This document shows positions 19,308-28,166 of a DNA stretch of 32,000 nt, piece by piece. This DNA is from Salmonella phage Seabear. The stretch lies in sequence record MK728824.1; one strand, 5' to 3'. A program made the translations under genes and the position numbers. The notes beneath the pieces were generated by a model that worked only from the letters and a program-made list of their open reading frames with translations, had not been told where the DNA came from and searched no databases. The first letter of the stretch is position 1. The number at the start of each line of letters is the position of its first letter.

Positions 19308-20717
19308 TTAGCCACCAGAAGCAGTAACTGTAATGCTCTTAGTACCTTCTACACCAGAACCATCTTTAGCTACGGCTTTCACAGTAACTGCACCAGTCTT
19401 AGAAGCATCAGCGGTCAGTAAACCAGAAGTTGCATCAATAGTAGCAGCAGTACCGGAGGAAATAGACCAAGTTACTTCCTTATTAGTAGCTTCAGCAGGC
19501 AAAACATCTACAGTCATCTGAAGAGTTGCACTATTATCAACGGAAGCTGCATCACCCGCGGATTTAACAGTAATACCTGTTACCTTAACCGGAGCTGCTT
19601 TACCACCGTCACCAGTTGCAATCAGATTTGCAATAGTAGTTTTGGTGTACTTATTAGAGAAACCAAGATAACCTTCATCACCAGTATCCAGATCAGTAGG
19701 AATTGCTTTGAACTCTACAGAAGTACCAAGTACATCGTCAGTCTCAATAGTTGGGATGTTAACGTGAGCTTGCTTAGCAACTAGAACAGCGGCTGGGCGC
19801 TCATCATCATATTCACCGCCAAGTACTAGAGCGATTTCGAAACGGTTAACTACTTTCAGGGTCTTGATTAGATCTTTGTACAGATCCATAGAACCTAGAG
19901 CTTTATCGTTAAGATAAGCAGTTAGAGAACCAGTTAATTCGAATGCACCAGTAAATGAACCGATTGGGATGTTAACACGGGACATGACGTTCGGAGTCAG
20001 ATAGGTGATGTTGTTGTTGATTGTAAAGCTACCACCAGTGATCGGAATGTCATATGCCTTACCAGTATCCATATCCTTGATCTTGAGGATAGTCAGTTTG
20101 TTCTTGATGTAAGAACCCTGGATAGTCATGTAAGTTTCATCATCAATACCTACAGTATCAGGATCAAATGGAGCAGCATCCAGAGGGATTAGCTGGTTAC
20201 CATTACCTGACCAAGTTACACGACCGATATCTTCGATATCAACGTTTACTTCAGCCTGGTTGATCTGACAGGAATCGATATAACTCCATGCTTTATCAGT
20301 AAGGATGTAAATGTGCAGCATTGCCAGTTCGTGGTATGCGTTATCCTTAAAGTTAACCATGAAGTTAGTTTCGTTAGTGTGTGCACCTGTATCGCCATCT
20401 AGGTTGATAGGCTTACCACTAGAAAGAGCATGCCACAGCATGTAGTCCGGAACGATCTGCTTACTAGTAGTCTTATCTAAGTAAGGCAGGATATAAGTAG
20501 AGAAACTCCACTCAGCTGCGTTCAGGGAGTCGTTGAAACGTTTTGAACCACGAGTTGGACGCGGACCAGCTTCGTTAACAGTAATATCGGTTGAGTTACT
20601 GTCCTGACCCCAAGAAATATCATCTTGAACTAGAATCTCTTGCGTGTTGGTCTTATCGTGACCAGTCTTAACCGTAGACACGAAGATTCGAGTATTACGT
20701 AATAGTTGTAAAGACAT
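19308..20717 (-). CDS. N4: T5 pb6-like major tail tube protein with C-terminal Ig-like (BIG_2) domain
   Basis: 469 aa. C-terminus VTGITVKSAGDAASVDNSATLQMTVDVLPAEATNKEVTWSISSGTAATIDATSGLLTADASKTGAVTVKAVAKDGSG..GTKSITVTA is a canonical BIG_2 pattern. T5 order. Confidence 0.92.
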   Translation of the reverse strand: MSLQLLRNTRIFVSTVKTGHDKTNTQEILVQDDISWGQDSNSTDITVNEAGPRPTRGSKRFNDSLNAAEWSFSTYILPYLDKTTSKQIVPDYMLWHALSSGKPINLDGDTGAHTNETNFMVNFKDNAYHELAMLHIYILTDKAWSYIDSCQINQAEVNVDIEDIGRVTWSGNGNQLIPLDAAPFDPDTVGIDDETYMTIQGSYIKNKLTILKIKDMDTGKAYDIPITGGSFTINNNITYLTPNVMSRVNIPIGSFTGAFELTGSLTAYLNDKALGSMDLYKDLIKTLKVVNRFEIALVLGGEYDDERPAAVLVAKQAHVNIPTIETDDVLGTSVEFKAIPTDLDTGDEGYLGFSNKYTKTTIANLIATGDGGKAAPVKVTGITVKSAGDAASVDNSATLQMTVDVLPAEATNKEVTWSISSGTAATIDATSGLLTADASKTGAVTVKAVAKDGSGVEGTKSITVTASGG

Positions 20718-20743
20718 TTATTTATATTCTCCTAATCTGTAAC

Positions 20744-21229
20744 TTATCTGCGAAGTGCCCTACGAGGTGGCTGATACCTCACTGTTACATTTATTTCCGC
20801 TAAACCATATGGGGCCAGTAGACCCTCATCTGTAGCTACTGAGGTGATGCTCATATCAGTTGCCTCACATGGGAAGGTCGATCCATTAGGTTTACTAACA
20901 GTATATTCTAAATTTCCACCTGTGTCAATGACGGTTTTTATGTCAGCTACGAGTTTTTCAAGTTGCTCTTGAATATCTGTTTTCTCTTTGTCATACACGA
21001 GGATTGGAAGTTCTAAAAACATCCACTGTTGGCCTGAGGGAAGATACTGCCCAGTTTCAGTTCCGATATGGACTGCCACATAAGGAAATTCTCGGATTTC
21101 CTCGAATTTATAAGTTTGACGAGAAACGTTTCCATAAAGGTTATTGAAATACTCGTCAGGTTGTGAACCATCCATTTGTGTGGCGATTCGGTCAACCACT
21201 GCTTGTGCAATACTTGTTCTGTGATCCAT
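20744..21229 (-). CDS. T5 p142-like tail terminator protein
   Basis: 161 aa, located between tail tube and head-completion genes; same size and order as T5 p142. Confidence 0.83.
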   Translation of the reverse strand: MDHRTSIAQAVVDRIATQMDGSQPDEYFNNLYGNVSRQTYKFEEIREFPYVAVHIGTETGQYLPSGQQWMFLELPILVYDKEKTDIQEQLEKLVADIKTVIDTGGNLEYTVSKPNGSTFPCEATDMSITSVATDEGLLAPYGLAEINVTVRYQPPRRALRR

Positions 21230-21232
21230 TTA

Positions 21233-22000
21233 CTAGGTTCCTTGATTAACCTTGATTTTATATCTAGAGTGAATCAGGTCTCTTGCAGCTTTTGCGATTG
21301 CTTCCCCAATAAGTTTTTGAGGGTTTCGAGCGCCAGGGTAAGGTCGTAGAGAAAGTCTTCGATATGTAGAAACTGCGGGGTTGAACACAGAGTAAGGACG
21401 AACCATATAGTTATACGTCACATTCAGCTCTGGAGCACCTTTACTAGTTTCTGCATCACGTAGCATAACGTCTTTAATCTTTAAGGAGTTAGCAAAGCGA
21501 CCAGTTCTGAACTTCAAGGGTGCCCCTGCTTTTTTCATATCCTTGATTAAATATTCCTTAGCTACTATCTCAAGAATAGCACTCATGTTACTATTTGATA
21601 CGAAACGACCGGAAGCACCTGTTACTGCACCTGAATAGCCATCTTCAGTATCTCTAGGATCTCCAAAGTTTACCTGAACTCTACCGGTAGAACGTTTTTT
21701 ACCAACAGCAGAACGTTTACCTGCGGTTGCTTGAATTAAATTCTCTAGAGCGCCTAAATCACCAGAAAGATCTAAGTTAGAAGAAACAGCCTTCAGTATA
21801 GATGCTGTCCTAACATTTAATAAGTCTTGTGATACTGGTTTTGAGAATTTGAAAGATACCTGTGCAACTGTACCATCTCTTGTAGGATCTTTCAAACCTG
21901 TCTCAACTGTATACACAACAGTATTCTTATTATTCTCAGATCGTCCTGCAGTATCTAGCTGCTCTTTAATAATTTGTCTAGCTAGATCAGAAAGAGCCAT
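21233..22000 (-). CDS. T5 p143-like head/neck or tail completion protein
   Basis: 255 aa; conserved position between p144-like and p142-like genes; HK97-gp10-like ending (SLRPYPGARNPQKLIGEAIAKAARDLIHSRYK). Confidence 0.72.
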   Translation of the reverse strand: MALSDLARQIIKEQLDTAGRSENNKNTVVYTVETGLKDPTRDGTVAQVSFKFSKPVSQDLLNVRTASILKAVSSNLDLSGDLGALENLIQATAGKRSAVGKKRSTGRVQVNFGDPRDTEDGYSGAVTGASGRFVSNSNMSAILEIVAKEYLIKDMKKAGAPLKFRTGRFANSLKIKDVMLRDAETSKGAPELNVTYNYMVRPYSVFNPAVSTYRRLSLRPYPGARNPQKLIGEAIAKAARDLIHSRYKIKVNQGT

Positions 22001-22512
22001 TATACCCTCCTGTAGACTTCGATGATTGTACGAATATGCTCTGGAATACCAGACTTAGTATTGTTAAACGTAACTGTCTCACCACCAATAGTCTTGGCTT
22101 GACGATAATCTTGCTTATGCCAGTGATCTACTAACAGACATGCTGCCAGTTTAAGATCTTCAGGCATTGGATTGAAACCACCTTGAGTATACTCTACATC
22201 CATATATCCTTCAGGAGGATTAAACTTAAGGAGAATAACACCATCAGGATACAGTTTAAACTGTTCCGGGTCTATTTCATTCTCGTTAATAGTCATCTTT
22301 GTAATAGATGTGGCTGAGGGAGAACTCAGGAAATATTTCCTACGGCTAGGTTTTGTAGTGATTAATTGATCTACCGCATCTGCATCATCCATACCTAGAA
22401 GGCTTGTAATCAGCGTATTGGCAGCTTTAATCATCATCTCAACCTGAGTTTCCATATCAGGTCGCTTTGCATTAGCATATAGTCTGTAGTCTTCAACAGT
22501 GATGATTTGCAT
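22000..22512 (-). CDS. T5 p144-like head-tail connector/adaptor protein
   Basis: 170 aa; gp6/gp15-like connector pattern (MQIITVEDYRLYANAKRPDMETQVEMMIKAANTLITSLLG...FNPPEGYMDVEYTQGGFNPMPEDLKLAACLLVDHWHKQD). Confidence 0.8.
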   Translation of the reverse strand: MQIITVEDYRLYANAKRPDMETQVEMMIKAANTLITSLLGMDDADAVDQLITTKPSRRKYFLSSPSATSITKMTINENEIDPEQFKLYPDGVILLKFNPPEGYMDVEYTQGGFNPMPEDLKLAACLLVDHWHKQDYRQAKTIGGETVTFNNTKSGIPEHIRTIIEVYRRV

Positions 22513-22534
22513 TTATTTTTCCCAATAAAAAAGG
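22510..22534 (-). repeat. 25-nt repeat copy 2 (terminator U-tract plus leader plus ATG)
   Basis: + strand catttatttttcccaataaaaaagg, identical to 17490-17514. Confidence 0.95.
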
Positions 22535-22552
22535 AGAGCCGAAGCTCTCCTT
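22527..22552 (-). terminator. Rho-independent terminator downstream of major capsid gene
   Basis: Minus strand AAGGAGAGC-TTCG-GCTCTCCTT then TTTTATTGGG: UUCG tetraloop plus U tract. Confidence 0.93.
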
Positions 22553-22571
22553 ATCGGCTGAAAAGCCTGTA

Positions 22572-23948
22572 TTAAGATGCAGCGTAAGCACCAGATACAA
22601 CGCCGTTTTCGAAGTAACGTTGCAGGTTAACACGCTGGGTAACGTAGTATGCGTCACGCTGTTTGCCAGCTTGGCGCTCACGTTCAACAGTAACGGCACG
22701 CTGACGCGGCATTACGAAGTTATCTTTATAAACAATAACTGCGAATTCAGCGGAAGCAGCTTTAGCTGGGAAGTACTCAGAAACTACAACCGGCAGACCG
22801 TAAATACGACCAACCTGACCCTGCAGTTTAACAGCATCGTTACCAACCTGGGCAACATCCTGCCATTCTTCATCTTCCAGCAGATCGTAGTAAGCATCCA
22901 TAGATACGATCAGTACCAGTTTGCTCAGTTTCAGACCGTGACGGCCCAGTTTACGACGCAGCTTGGAGATAGTCTTAGCAGTTACCAGAACAGAACCGTC
23001 AGCTTTAGCTTCGGTAACAACCTTAGCACCATCATCAGCAGCCAGTTTCAGCAGACCCTTAGGCTGACCAGTACCATTACCGGACATGAAAGCTTCTTCG
23101 ATAGAAACAGCGTGTGCTTCGATCAGACGCTTACGCAGCAGAGGCAGCAGGGAGAAGATTGCATCTTCTTCAGTTTCATCAGTGATGAAGGATTTAGCAG
23201 CCAGCTTGTAAGTTTTGAAGCTGATTTCAGTCAGTTGACCTTTAACTTCGTCACCAACAGTTTCGTCAGTACCGAATTTGGAAGCATCTACCCAAGTAGC
23301 ACGACCAGCTTCTGGTTCAACGAGCATAGTAAGGATTTTGCTGGACATTGGCAGTTCATCGAACAGTGCACCAACTACCAGTTCCTTCTGCAGGTCACGG
23401 ATAATACGGGTAGAGAAGATAGTTTCGTATGCTTCGCTAGACATGGAAACGGAAGAAGAACCGTTAACAGCTTTAACGTGAGCCTTACCATGTTCAGTTT
23501 CGAATACGTCTTTCTCCATCATATAAGACAGAAGAACCAGTTTCTCAACTTCATCTTCGAAAACATCCTGAGTGCCATAAAGAGCTTTAGCTACGCTATC
23601 ACCAACGAAGGAACGACCTTCACGAGCTGCCAACAGAGACTTGATTTCGTCCTGAAGACCAACGATGGTTTCCTGTTGCTTTTCTACAGTCTGTGCAAAC
23701 AGTTCTGCGCTCTTCTTAGACTTCTCATCCAGGTTCTTAACCAGATCCAGAGCTTCTTCCAGACGCTTACGGTCTTCACCAACAGCTTTAGATACTAGGT
23801 CGTTCATACGAGCCAGTTCTTTTTCTTCCTGCTCTTCACGCAGACGCTTAGCTTCCGCAGCTTTCTGAGCAGCAGTCAGACCTTCCAGAGATTTAGCCAG
23901 ATCACCCAGACCAAGTTCTTCCTTCAGCTTATTAATATCAATAGTCAT
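22572..23948 (-). CDS. D20-21: Major capsid protein pb8 precursor (HK97 fold with N-terminal coiled-coil delta domain)
   Basis: 458 aa, same length as T5 pb8. Charged coiled-coil N-terminus followed by HK97-like MCP sequence (IFSTRIIRDLQKELVVGALFDELPMSSKILTMLVEP...EEAFMSGNGTGQPKGLL...GRIYGLPVVVSEYFP). Confidence 0.97.
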   Translation of the reverse strand: MTIDINKLKEELGLGDLAKSLEGLTAAQKAAEAKRLREEQEEKELARMNDLVSKAVGEDRKRLEEALDLVKNLDEKSKKSAELFAQTVEKQQETIVGLQDEIKSLLAAREGRSFVGDSVAKALYGTQDVFEDEVEKLVLLSYMMEKDVFETEHGKAHVKAVNGSSSVSMSSEAYETIFSTRIIRDLQKELVVGALFDELPMSSKILTMLVEPEAGRATWVDASKFGTDETVGDEVKGQLTEISFKTYKLAAKSFITDETEEDAIFSLLPLLRKRLIEAHAVSIEEAFMSGNGTGQPKGLLKLAADDGAKVVTEAKADGSVLVTAKTISKLRRKLGRHGLKLSKLVLIVSMDAYYDLLEDEEWQDVAQVGNDAVKLQGQVGRIYGLPVVVSEYFPAKAASAEFAVIVYKDNFVMPRQRAVTVERERQAGKQRDAYYVTQRVNLQRYFENGVVSGAYAAS

Positions 23949-23965
23949 TTTTAAATAATTCTCCG

Positions 23966-24598
23966 TTATTCTTTAACGTAGCCTAAAGCTATCGCAAGTT
24001 TTTCTAGTTCAGAAAGATTACGTTCTTGAGCTGGGACAGCCTTAGAACTTGTTGCAGTAAAAGATTTGCGCCATTCAGTGTAATCGTGGCCATTCATACT
24101 CTTAGCGAGGTTGAACGTTGAGTCCTGATTACAAGGTACAGAAACTACCGAGACTTCGTATAGTTCTAAATCTTTAATAATAAATATGTCAGTAGCTTCA
24201 TCCCATTCTGCGTCTAGGCAGCGGAATCCGATACTGAAGGTTTTCAGTACACCGTTTTTAATTAGTGAAAAGATAGCTGGATCAGAACTTTCATAAATCT
24301 CGCATTCAATTTCGAGACCCATTTCAGTAGGGTTAAGATCAATACACTTGCCGATTGGACGACGATGGTCGTGGCCGAAAAGAATAATCGGGTTTTTCAT
24401 GTAGTTAGCAAGTGCATTAGACGTTTTCCATGCCGAAGCAGGAATTACGTCACCAGCGCGATCTTTACTAATTGTATTAGCGAATCCACGGATTTTTACA
24501 ACACCCTCTTTGGATTCGCTATCAATAGACTTAATGTAAGCGTCTAAATGAACCGGTGCTGATTTTAACTTGTTATAGTCAATAGCAGCATTTGTCAT
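23966..24598 (-). CDS. Prohead maturation protease (HK97/T5 family)
   Basis: 210 aa; GVVKIRGFANTISKDRAGDVIPASAW, NPIILFGHDHRRPIGK, LKTFSIGFRC, LYEVSVVSVPCN - catalytic His/Ser motifs of the U35-like prohead protease. Confidence 0.96.
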   Translation of the reverse strand: MTNAAIDYNKLKSAPVHLDAYIKSIDSESKEGVVKIRGFANTISKDRAGDVIPASAWKTSNALANYMKNPIILFGHDHRRPIGKCIDLNPTEMGLEIECEIYESSDPAIFSLIKNGVLKTFSIGFRCLDAEWDEATDIFIIKDLELYEVSVVSVPCNQDSTFNLAKSMNGHDYTEWRKSFTATSSKAVPAQERNLSELEKLAIALGYVKE

Positions 24599-24601
24599 TT
24601 A

Positions 24602-25084
24602 TTAAGCCTCCGGCGCAGGGTTGATAGTTGTTACACACTCATTAGAAGTAATGGAAGTAGATTTACTATCCGTTACAACAACTTTGTAAGTACCAGCATC
24701 TTCTGCAGCAGCTGTAGCTTTGTTGAAATTAGGGCCAGTAACACCACTAAGTGGAGAACCGTCTTTAGTCCAAGCATAAGTATATGGTGCAGTACCACCA
24801 GTAACTGTTACGCCCAGATTAATTGCTGCACCAGTATCAACAGCTAGAGTTTTAGCCAGATTCTTCGTGAAAGCTAGAGCCGGAACAACCGGAGCAGTAA
24901 CTTCGTATGCTTCTTTGAACTTATTCCAAACCTTGCGGTTGGTATGTGCAGTGGTCATTCCAAACTCTTTACGTAGAGTAGCGTAGTTTGGAACGAACTT
25001 GTGTGCTGCAACCGTAGCAAAGAAGATATGAGATTCTGGCAGCTTTTCACCAAAAATGGCCTTTAGACCATCATAATCAATCAT
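24602..25084 (-). CDS. T5 pb10-like capsid decoration protein with C-terminal Ig-like domain
   Basis: 160 aa; MIDYDGLKAIFGEKLPESHIFFATVAAHKFVPNYATL... plus Ig-like APYTYAWTKDGSPLSGVTGPNFNKATAAAEDAGTYKVVVTDS; size and position match T5 pb10. Confidence 0.93.
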   Translation of the reverse strand: MIDYDGLKAIFGEKLPESHIFFATVAAHKFVPNYATLRKEFGMTTAHTNRKVWNKFKEAYEVTAPVVPALAFTKNLAKTLAVDTGAAINLGVTVTGGTAPYTYAWTKDGSPLSGVTGPNFNKATAAAEDAGTYKVVVTDSKSTSITSNECVTTINPAPEA

Positions 25085-26298
25085 TCTTTATCCCCATCGG
25101 CAGTGCCTTGCGGTCTACCACCTTCTTGACCAGATACACCTGTTGCAGAACCAGCAACGTTAGCAGGAATACGAATCTTATTCATCTGCTCATCATCTAA
25201 AGGTTCAAGGTTAAGCTCTTCACGAGCCTCGTTACCAGTCATGATACCGTTATTAACCAAAGAGGTTAAATGTTTAGCCTCAGCTTCTTTATCTGGCGTC
25301 AGTGCAGCTACTTCCTTAGTATTAGGAGTAACCTTGTAGCCAAAGAAGAAAGTAAGAGAACTAGTCAGCTTGTTCAGCATAGGAATGATAGTCATGTAAT
25401 AGAACAATTCGATGTTTGGTCGAATGTTAGCATTATTACCACCATCAAGTAACACTTGCGGAACACCAAAGGCAAGACAGATGGATTTATTAAATCCTTC
25501 GATATCTTCCTTGAAGTCTAGATCTTTAAAAGAGGATATTTGGGAGTACGGTTTTGCTTTCATACCACCATCTAGAATCAGGACAGTAGACTGACCCGTA
25601 CTAGGATTATAATCGAGTTGTAATTCTTCTTGTTTACGCTCACGCAATTTCTTGTTCAGGATTTCATCCGTCTCAAGAATAAGACCAATCACAGTGCCGT
25701 TATCGAGGAACTTCTCTTTAAAGTTAAGCATTTTAGAACGCTTCTCAAGAGAGTCAATAACTGTAGCAACACGAGATTGTCCAGAAATTTGGGAGTTTGT
25801 GCCACACACGTAACTGTTATCCTTTATAAAGATAATCTCATCTACGCGATAGTCTATCTGGTTATTAAATATGAATTTTTTGATAAACTTATTGGCATCT
25901 GCCTCTACTTGCATTAGTGCAGCAGGGACATGGTAAAGTGCTGTGCCATCCCAATAGATGTATGCACAACCCTCAAAAAGTAGGTCAGTGACTACAAGTC
26001 TACGGAATGTGCTTATATCCATGAATGGATTAGGTCGTACATTTAAGAGAGTGTCTAGAGTCTTTGCCTTGACGCCATTAGCGTACGTGACAATATTATA
26101 TTTATCTCCGACAGTATAAGAACACTCCGCCGCACTATCGATAACCATGTTAGCAGTTCGGTTGAGAATCTCAATCTTACTGTAGGCTTGTCCAGTGGTA
26201 AATGGCTTACGGTTAGTGCGATGACTAACTGGTTCCATGTCTCTTATAATACGTTGACCCGGATTTAGCTTTTCAGTAATCCAGCTTTTTAAACCCAT
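25081..26298 (-). CDS. Portal protein (pb7-like)
   Basis: 405 aa, HK97-type portal features (MNLNVRPNPFMDISTFRRLVVTDLLFEGCAYIYWDG-type core, FNKSICLAFGVPQVLLDGG, ANIRPNIELFYYMTIIPMLNKL). Confidence 0.93.
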   Translation of the reverse strand: MGLKSWITEKLNPGQRIIRDMEPVSHRTNRKPFTTGQAYSKIEILNRTANMVIDSAAECSYTVGDKYNIVTYANGVKAKTLDTLLNVRPNPFMDISTFRRLVVTDLLFEGCAYIYWDGTALYHVPAALMQVEADANKFIKKFIFNNQIDYRVDEIIFIKDNSYVCGTNSQISGQSRVATVIDSLEKRSKMLNFKEKFLDNGTVIGLILETDEILNKKLRERKQEELQLDYNPSTGQSTVLILDGGMKAKPYSQISSFKDLDFKEDIEGFNKSICLAFGVPQVLLDGGNNANIRPNIELFYYMTIIPMLNKLTSSLTFFFGYKVTPNTKEVAALTPDKEAEAKHLTSLVNNGIMTGNEAREELNLEPLDDEQMNKIRIPANVAGSATGVSGQEGGRPQGTADGDKE

Positions 26299-26735
26299 TA
26301 TAAGAACCTTGCGAATCCTGATTTAGTTTCAGTCTTGACTTGTGTCTTTTCTTGAGGATTCTGTAGCTTTTCCTTTTGTTTAAGAACCCATGCCTTCTGC
26401 TTATTAGCAGAAAAAAGGGGAGGTTCCTTAGTGTACACCTTATGTAATAGTTGGTGATGGTGGACACAAAGGGTAACAGTGTCATCTACTAGCTCATGCC
26501 TATATCTTTCATAGAATGCCGTCCTATTTGAGAGGACTGTTTCTTCGTCAGTGAAATCCAATTGGAGTTCTTTAGCAAATTTTTTAACTAGTAGAGACAC
26601 TGTATGGTAATGATGAAGCTCTAATTCTTCACCACAACCACAGATTTCGCAGCGATCGGCTTTTTTATATTGACTTTTTATACCGTCTCGCATGAGTGAT
26701 ATAGCATCACGTTTATATTTTACATTTCCTGCCAC
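26298..26735 (-). CDS. HNH endonuclease-like protein (start corrected to GTG at 26735)
   Basis: CEICGCGEELELHHYHTVS ... CVHHHQLLHK is an HNH/zinc-knuckle pattern. The track's TTG start at 26822 lies inside a hairpin and upstream of a promoter; GTG at 26735-26733 has GAGGAGA just upstream, giving about 145 aa (MAGNVKYKRDAISLMRDG...). Confidence 0.85.
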   Translation of the reverse strand: MAGNVKYKRDAISLMRDGIKSQYKKADRCEICGCGEELELHHYHTVSLLVKKFAKELQLDFTDEETVLSNRTAFYERYRHELVDDTVTLCVHHHQLLHKVYTKEPPLFSANKQKAWVLKQKEKLQNPQEKTQVKTETKSGFARFL

Positions 26736-26761
26736 AGTATTCTCCTCAACTGTATGAATAT

Positions 26762-26790
26762 AGTATACATAATCATGTCGAATTTGTAAA
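26762..26790 (-). promoter_or_regulatory. Sigma70-type promoter upstream of HNH-portal-capsid block
   Basis: Minus strand TTTACA (26790-26785), 17-bp spacer, TATACT (26767-26762), about 27 bp upstream of the corrected GTG start. Confidence 0.82.
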
Positions 26791-26810
26791 GGGGATTTTA
26801 AAATGCAGGA

Positions 26811-26838
26811 ATGGGATACCAACTGAGTAGTATCCCAT
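26811..26838 (-). terminator. Hairpin downstream of terL, possible weak terminator
   Basis: ATGGGATAC (26811-26819) / GTATCCCAT (26830-26838) 9-bp stem with 10-nt loop, directly after the terL stop; the T-tract (…GCATTTTAAAA) is poor. Confidence 0.5.
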
Positions 26839-26849
26839 CCTATACTTAT

Positions 26850-28166
26850 TTATTTCCCACGGGAAATTGAGTAAATTCCATAACGCAGTGCGTCACAAAG
26901 GTGAGAGTTCGCATCATGACGTGGTTTTTCACGTGATAATTTCTCTTCGCCCTCCTGGAAGTCCCACTTGTAGTTCGCTAGGGCGTGGATCAATGAGGTA
27001 CATGAAGCATCTACGATGATCTTACCTTGCTGGAACAGTGCTTGTAGGCATGCCAGACCATCTAGGACAGATTTCTTAGCAGGAGCAGAAGCGATTTCAT
27101 GTTCATATGCCAAGTCCTGACGGAACTGAGCAGCAGCGGAGTCTACAAATATACGATCAACGTTATAACGATCTATACAGTGCTGTATGTAAGCAGCGTG
27201 TTGAGCTGTAGTCTTTTCAGCCTGCTGATACTCTTCTAGTACGTAATAAACATCAGTATCATAGTGATACTTGATAGTAAGAACTGCTGTAGGATCACGA
27301 TAACCAACGTCGATACCAAGTAATGTTTCGAAAGCCTCATCATCTTTAAAGAAGTGACGCATACCTTTGAGGTCTTTAACGTGCTCGATAGTATTGAAGG
27401 TATCAAAGATCTGACCTTCGAATACGGAGAAGTCAGCCTCATATTCTTGACGGAAATAGTTTTTACTAACAGTACGACGCGCTTCTTCGATATCGTTCAG
27501 GTCAGCACGTGGGTTATCACGATATGTACCATGAATAGATACCCAATTAGGTAGCGTTTCGTTAAATCCTTTCTCATAGAACTCTTTGAACCAGTTACCC
27601 CCACGAGGAGTAGAGATAAATAGAGCTTTAGAGTTTGGCTTATCTAGGGTAGGACGTAACTGAATATCGAAAGCTGCACCACCAACATCGGAAATCGCTG
27701 CTTCGTCAAAGATGATGAAGTCATACGAACGACCAACCGCGGAGTCAGCCTGCGCTGCAGAAGCCAGCTTAAAGAGAGAACCATTCGCTAGTTCAATCTC
27801 TTTATCTTTGGCGTTCTCACGTTCAGTCTGTAATCCATACTTCTTAATAAGACCACGAATCTGTGACCAACCAATGTTAGCCAGTGAGTAGTTAGGTGCA
27901 ACTACCAGCACCTTCACATTGGGTTCCAGAAGTTTTAAGAACCCAAGTGTATATGCGATGAATGACTTACCTACACGACGTGATACACATGCAGTCACGA
28001 AACGATGTCTTGGGTCTTCCAATGCATTAATAATTGCAATCTGAGGGGCATTAGGTGTAATTCCCTCTTGAGCTAGAATGCTAGAGACTGGCAGACGGAA
28101 AAATCGTTTGTCAATACCAAAGTCAATAACATCTGTGGTGTTAATATAGTCTCTAGAGACTTTCAT
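26850..28166 (-). CDS. Terminase large subunit
   Basis: 438 aa; ATPase with variant Walker A (ACVSRRVGKSF), Walker B (YDFIIFDEAAI), nuclease motifs (LLGIDVGYRDPTAV, DRIFVDSAAAQFRQDL, HDANSHLCDALRYG). Confidence 0.97.
   Translation of the reverse strand: MKVSRDYINTTDVIDFGIDKRFFRLPVSSILAQEGITPNAPQIAIINALEDPRHRFVTACVSRRVGKSFIAYTLGFLKLLEPNVKVLVVAPNYSLANIGWSQIRGLIKKYGLQTERENAKDKEIELANGSLFKLASAAQADSAVGRSYDFIIFDEAAISDVGGAAFDIQLRPTLDKPNSKALFISTPRGGNWFKEFYEKGFNETLPNWVSIHGTYRDNPRADLNDIEEARRTVSKNYFRQEYEADFSVFEGQIFDTFNTIEHVKDLKGMRHFFKDDEAFETLLGIDVGYRDPTAVLTIKYHYDTDVYYVLEEYQQAEKTTAQHAAYIQHCIDRYNVDRIFVDSAAAQFRQDLAYEHEIASAPAKKSVLDGLACLQALFQQGKIIVDASCTSLIHALANYKWDFQEGEEKLSREKPRHDANSHLCDALRYGIYSISRGK

Noticed and set aside
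22620-23798. 392-aa + strand ORF (TTG start) antisense to the capsid gene
   Set aside because: It lies entirely inside the well-supported pb8 capsid gene, with low-complexity F/T/S/Q/N-rich composition typical of the reverse complement of a highly biased coding sequence, and no SD seen. Treated as a shadow ORF.
26736-26822. N-terminal 29 codons of the listed HNH ORF (TTG at 26822)
   Set aside because: This segment contains the hairpin arm, -35 and -10 elements, and the SD for the GTG at 26735; more likely non-coding.
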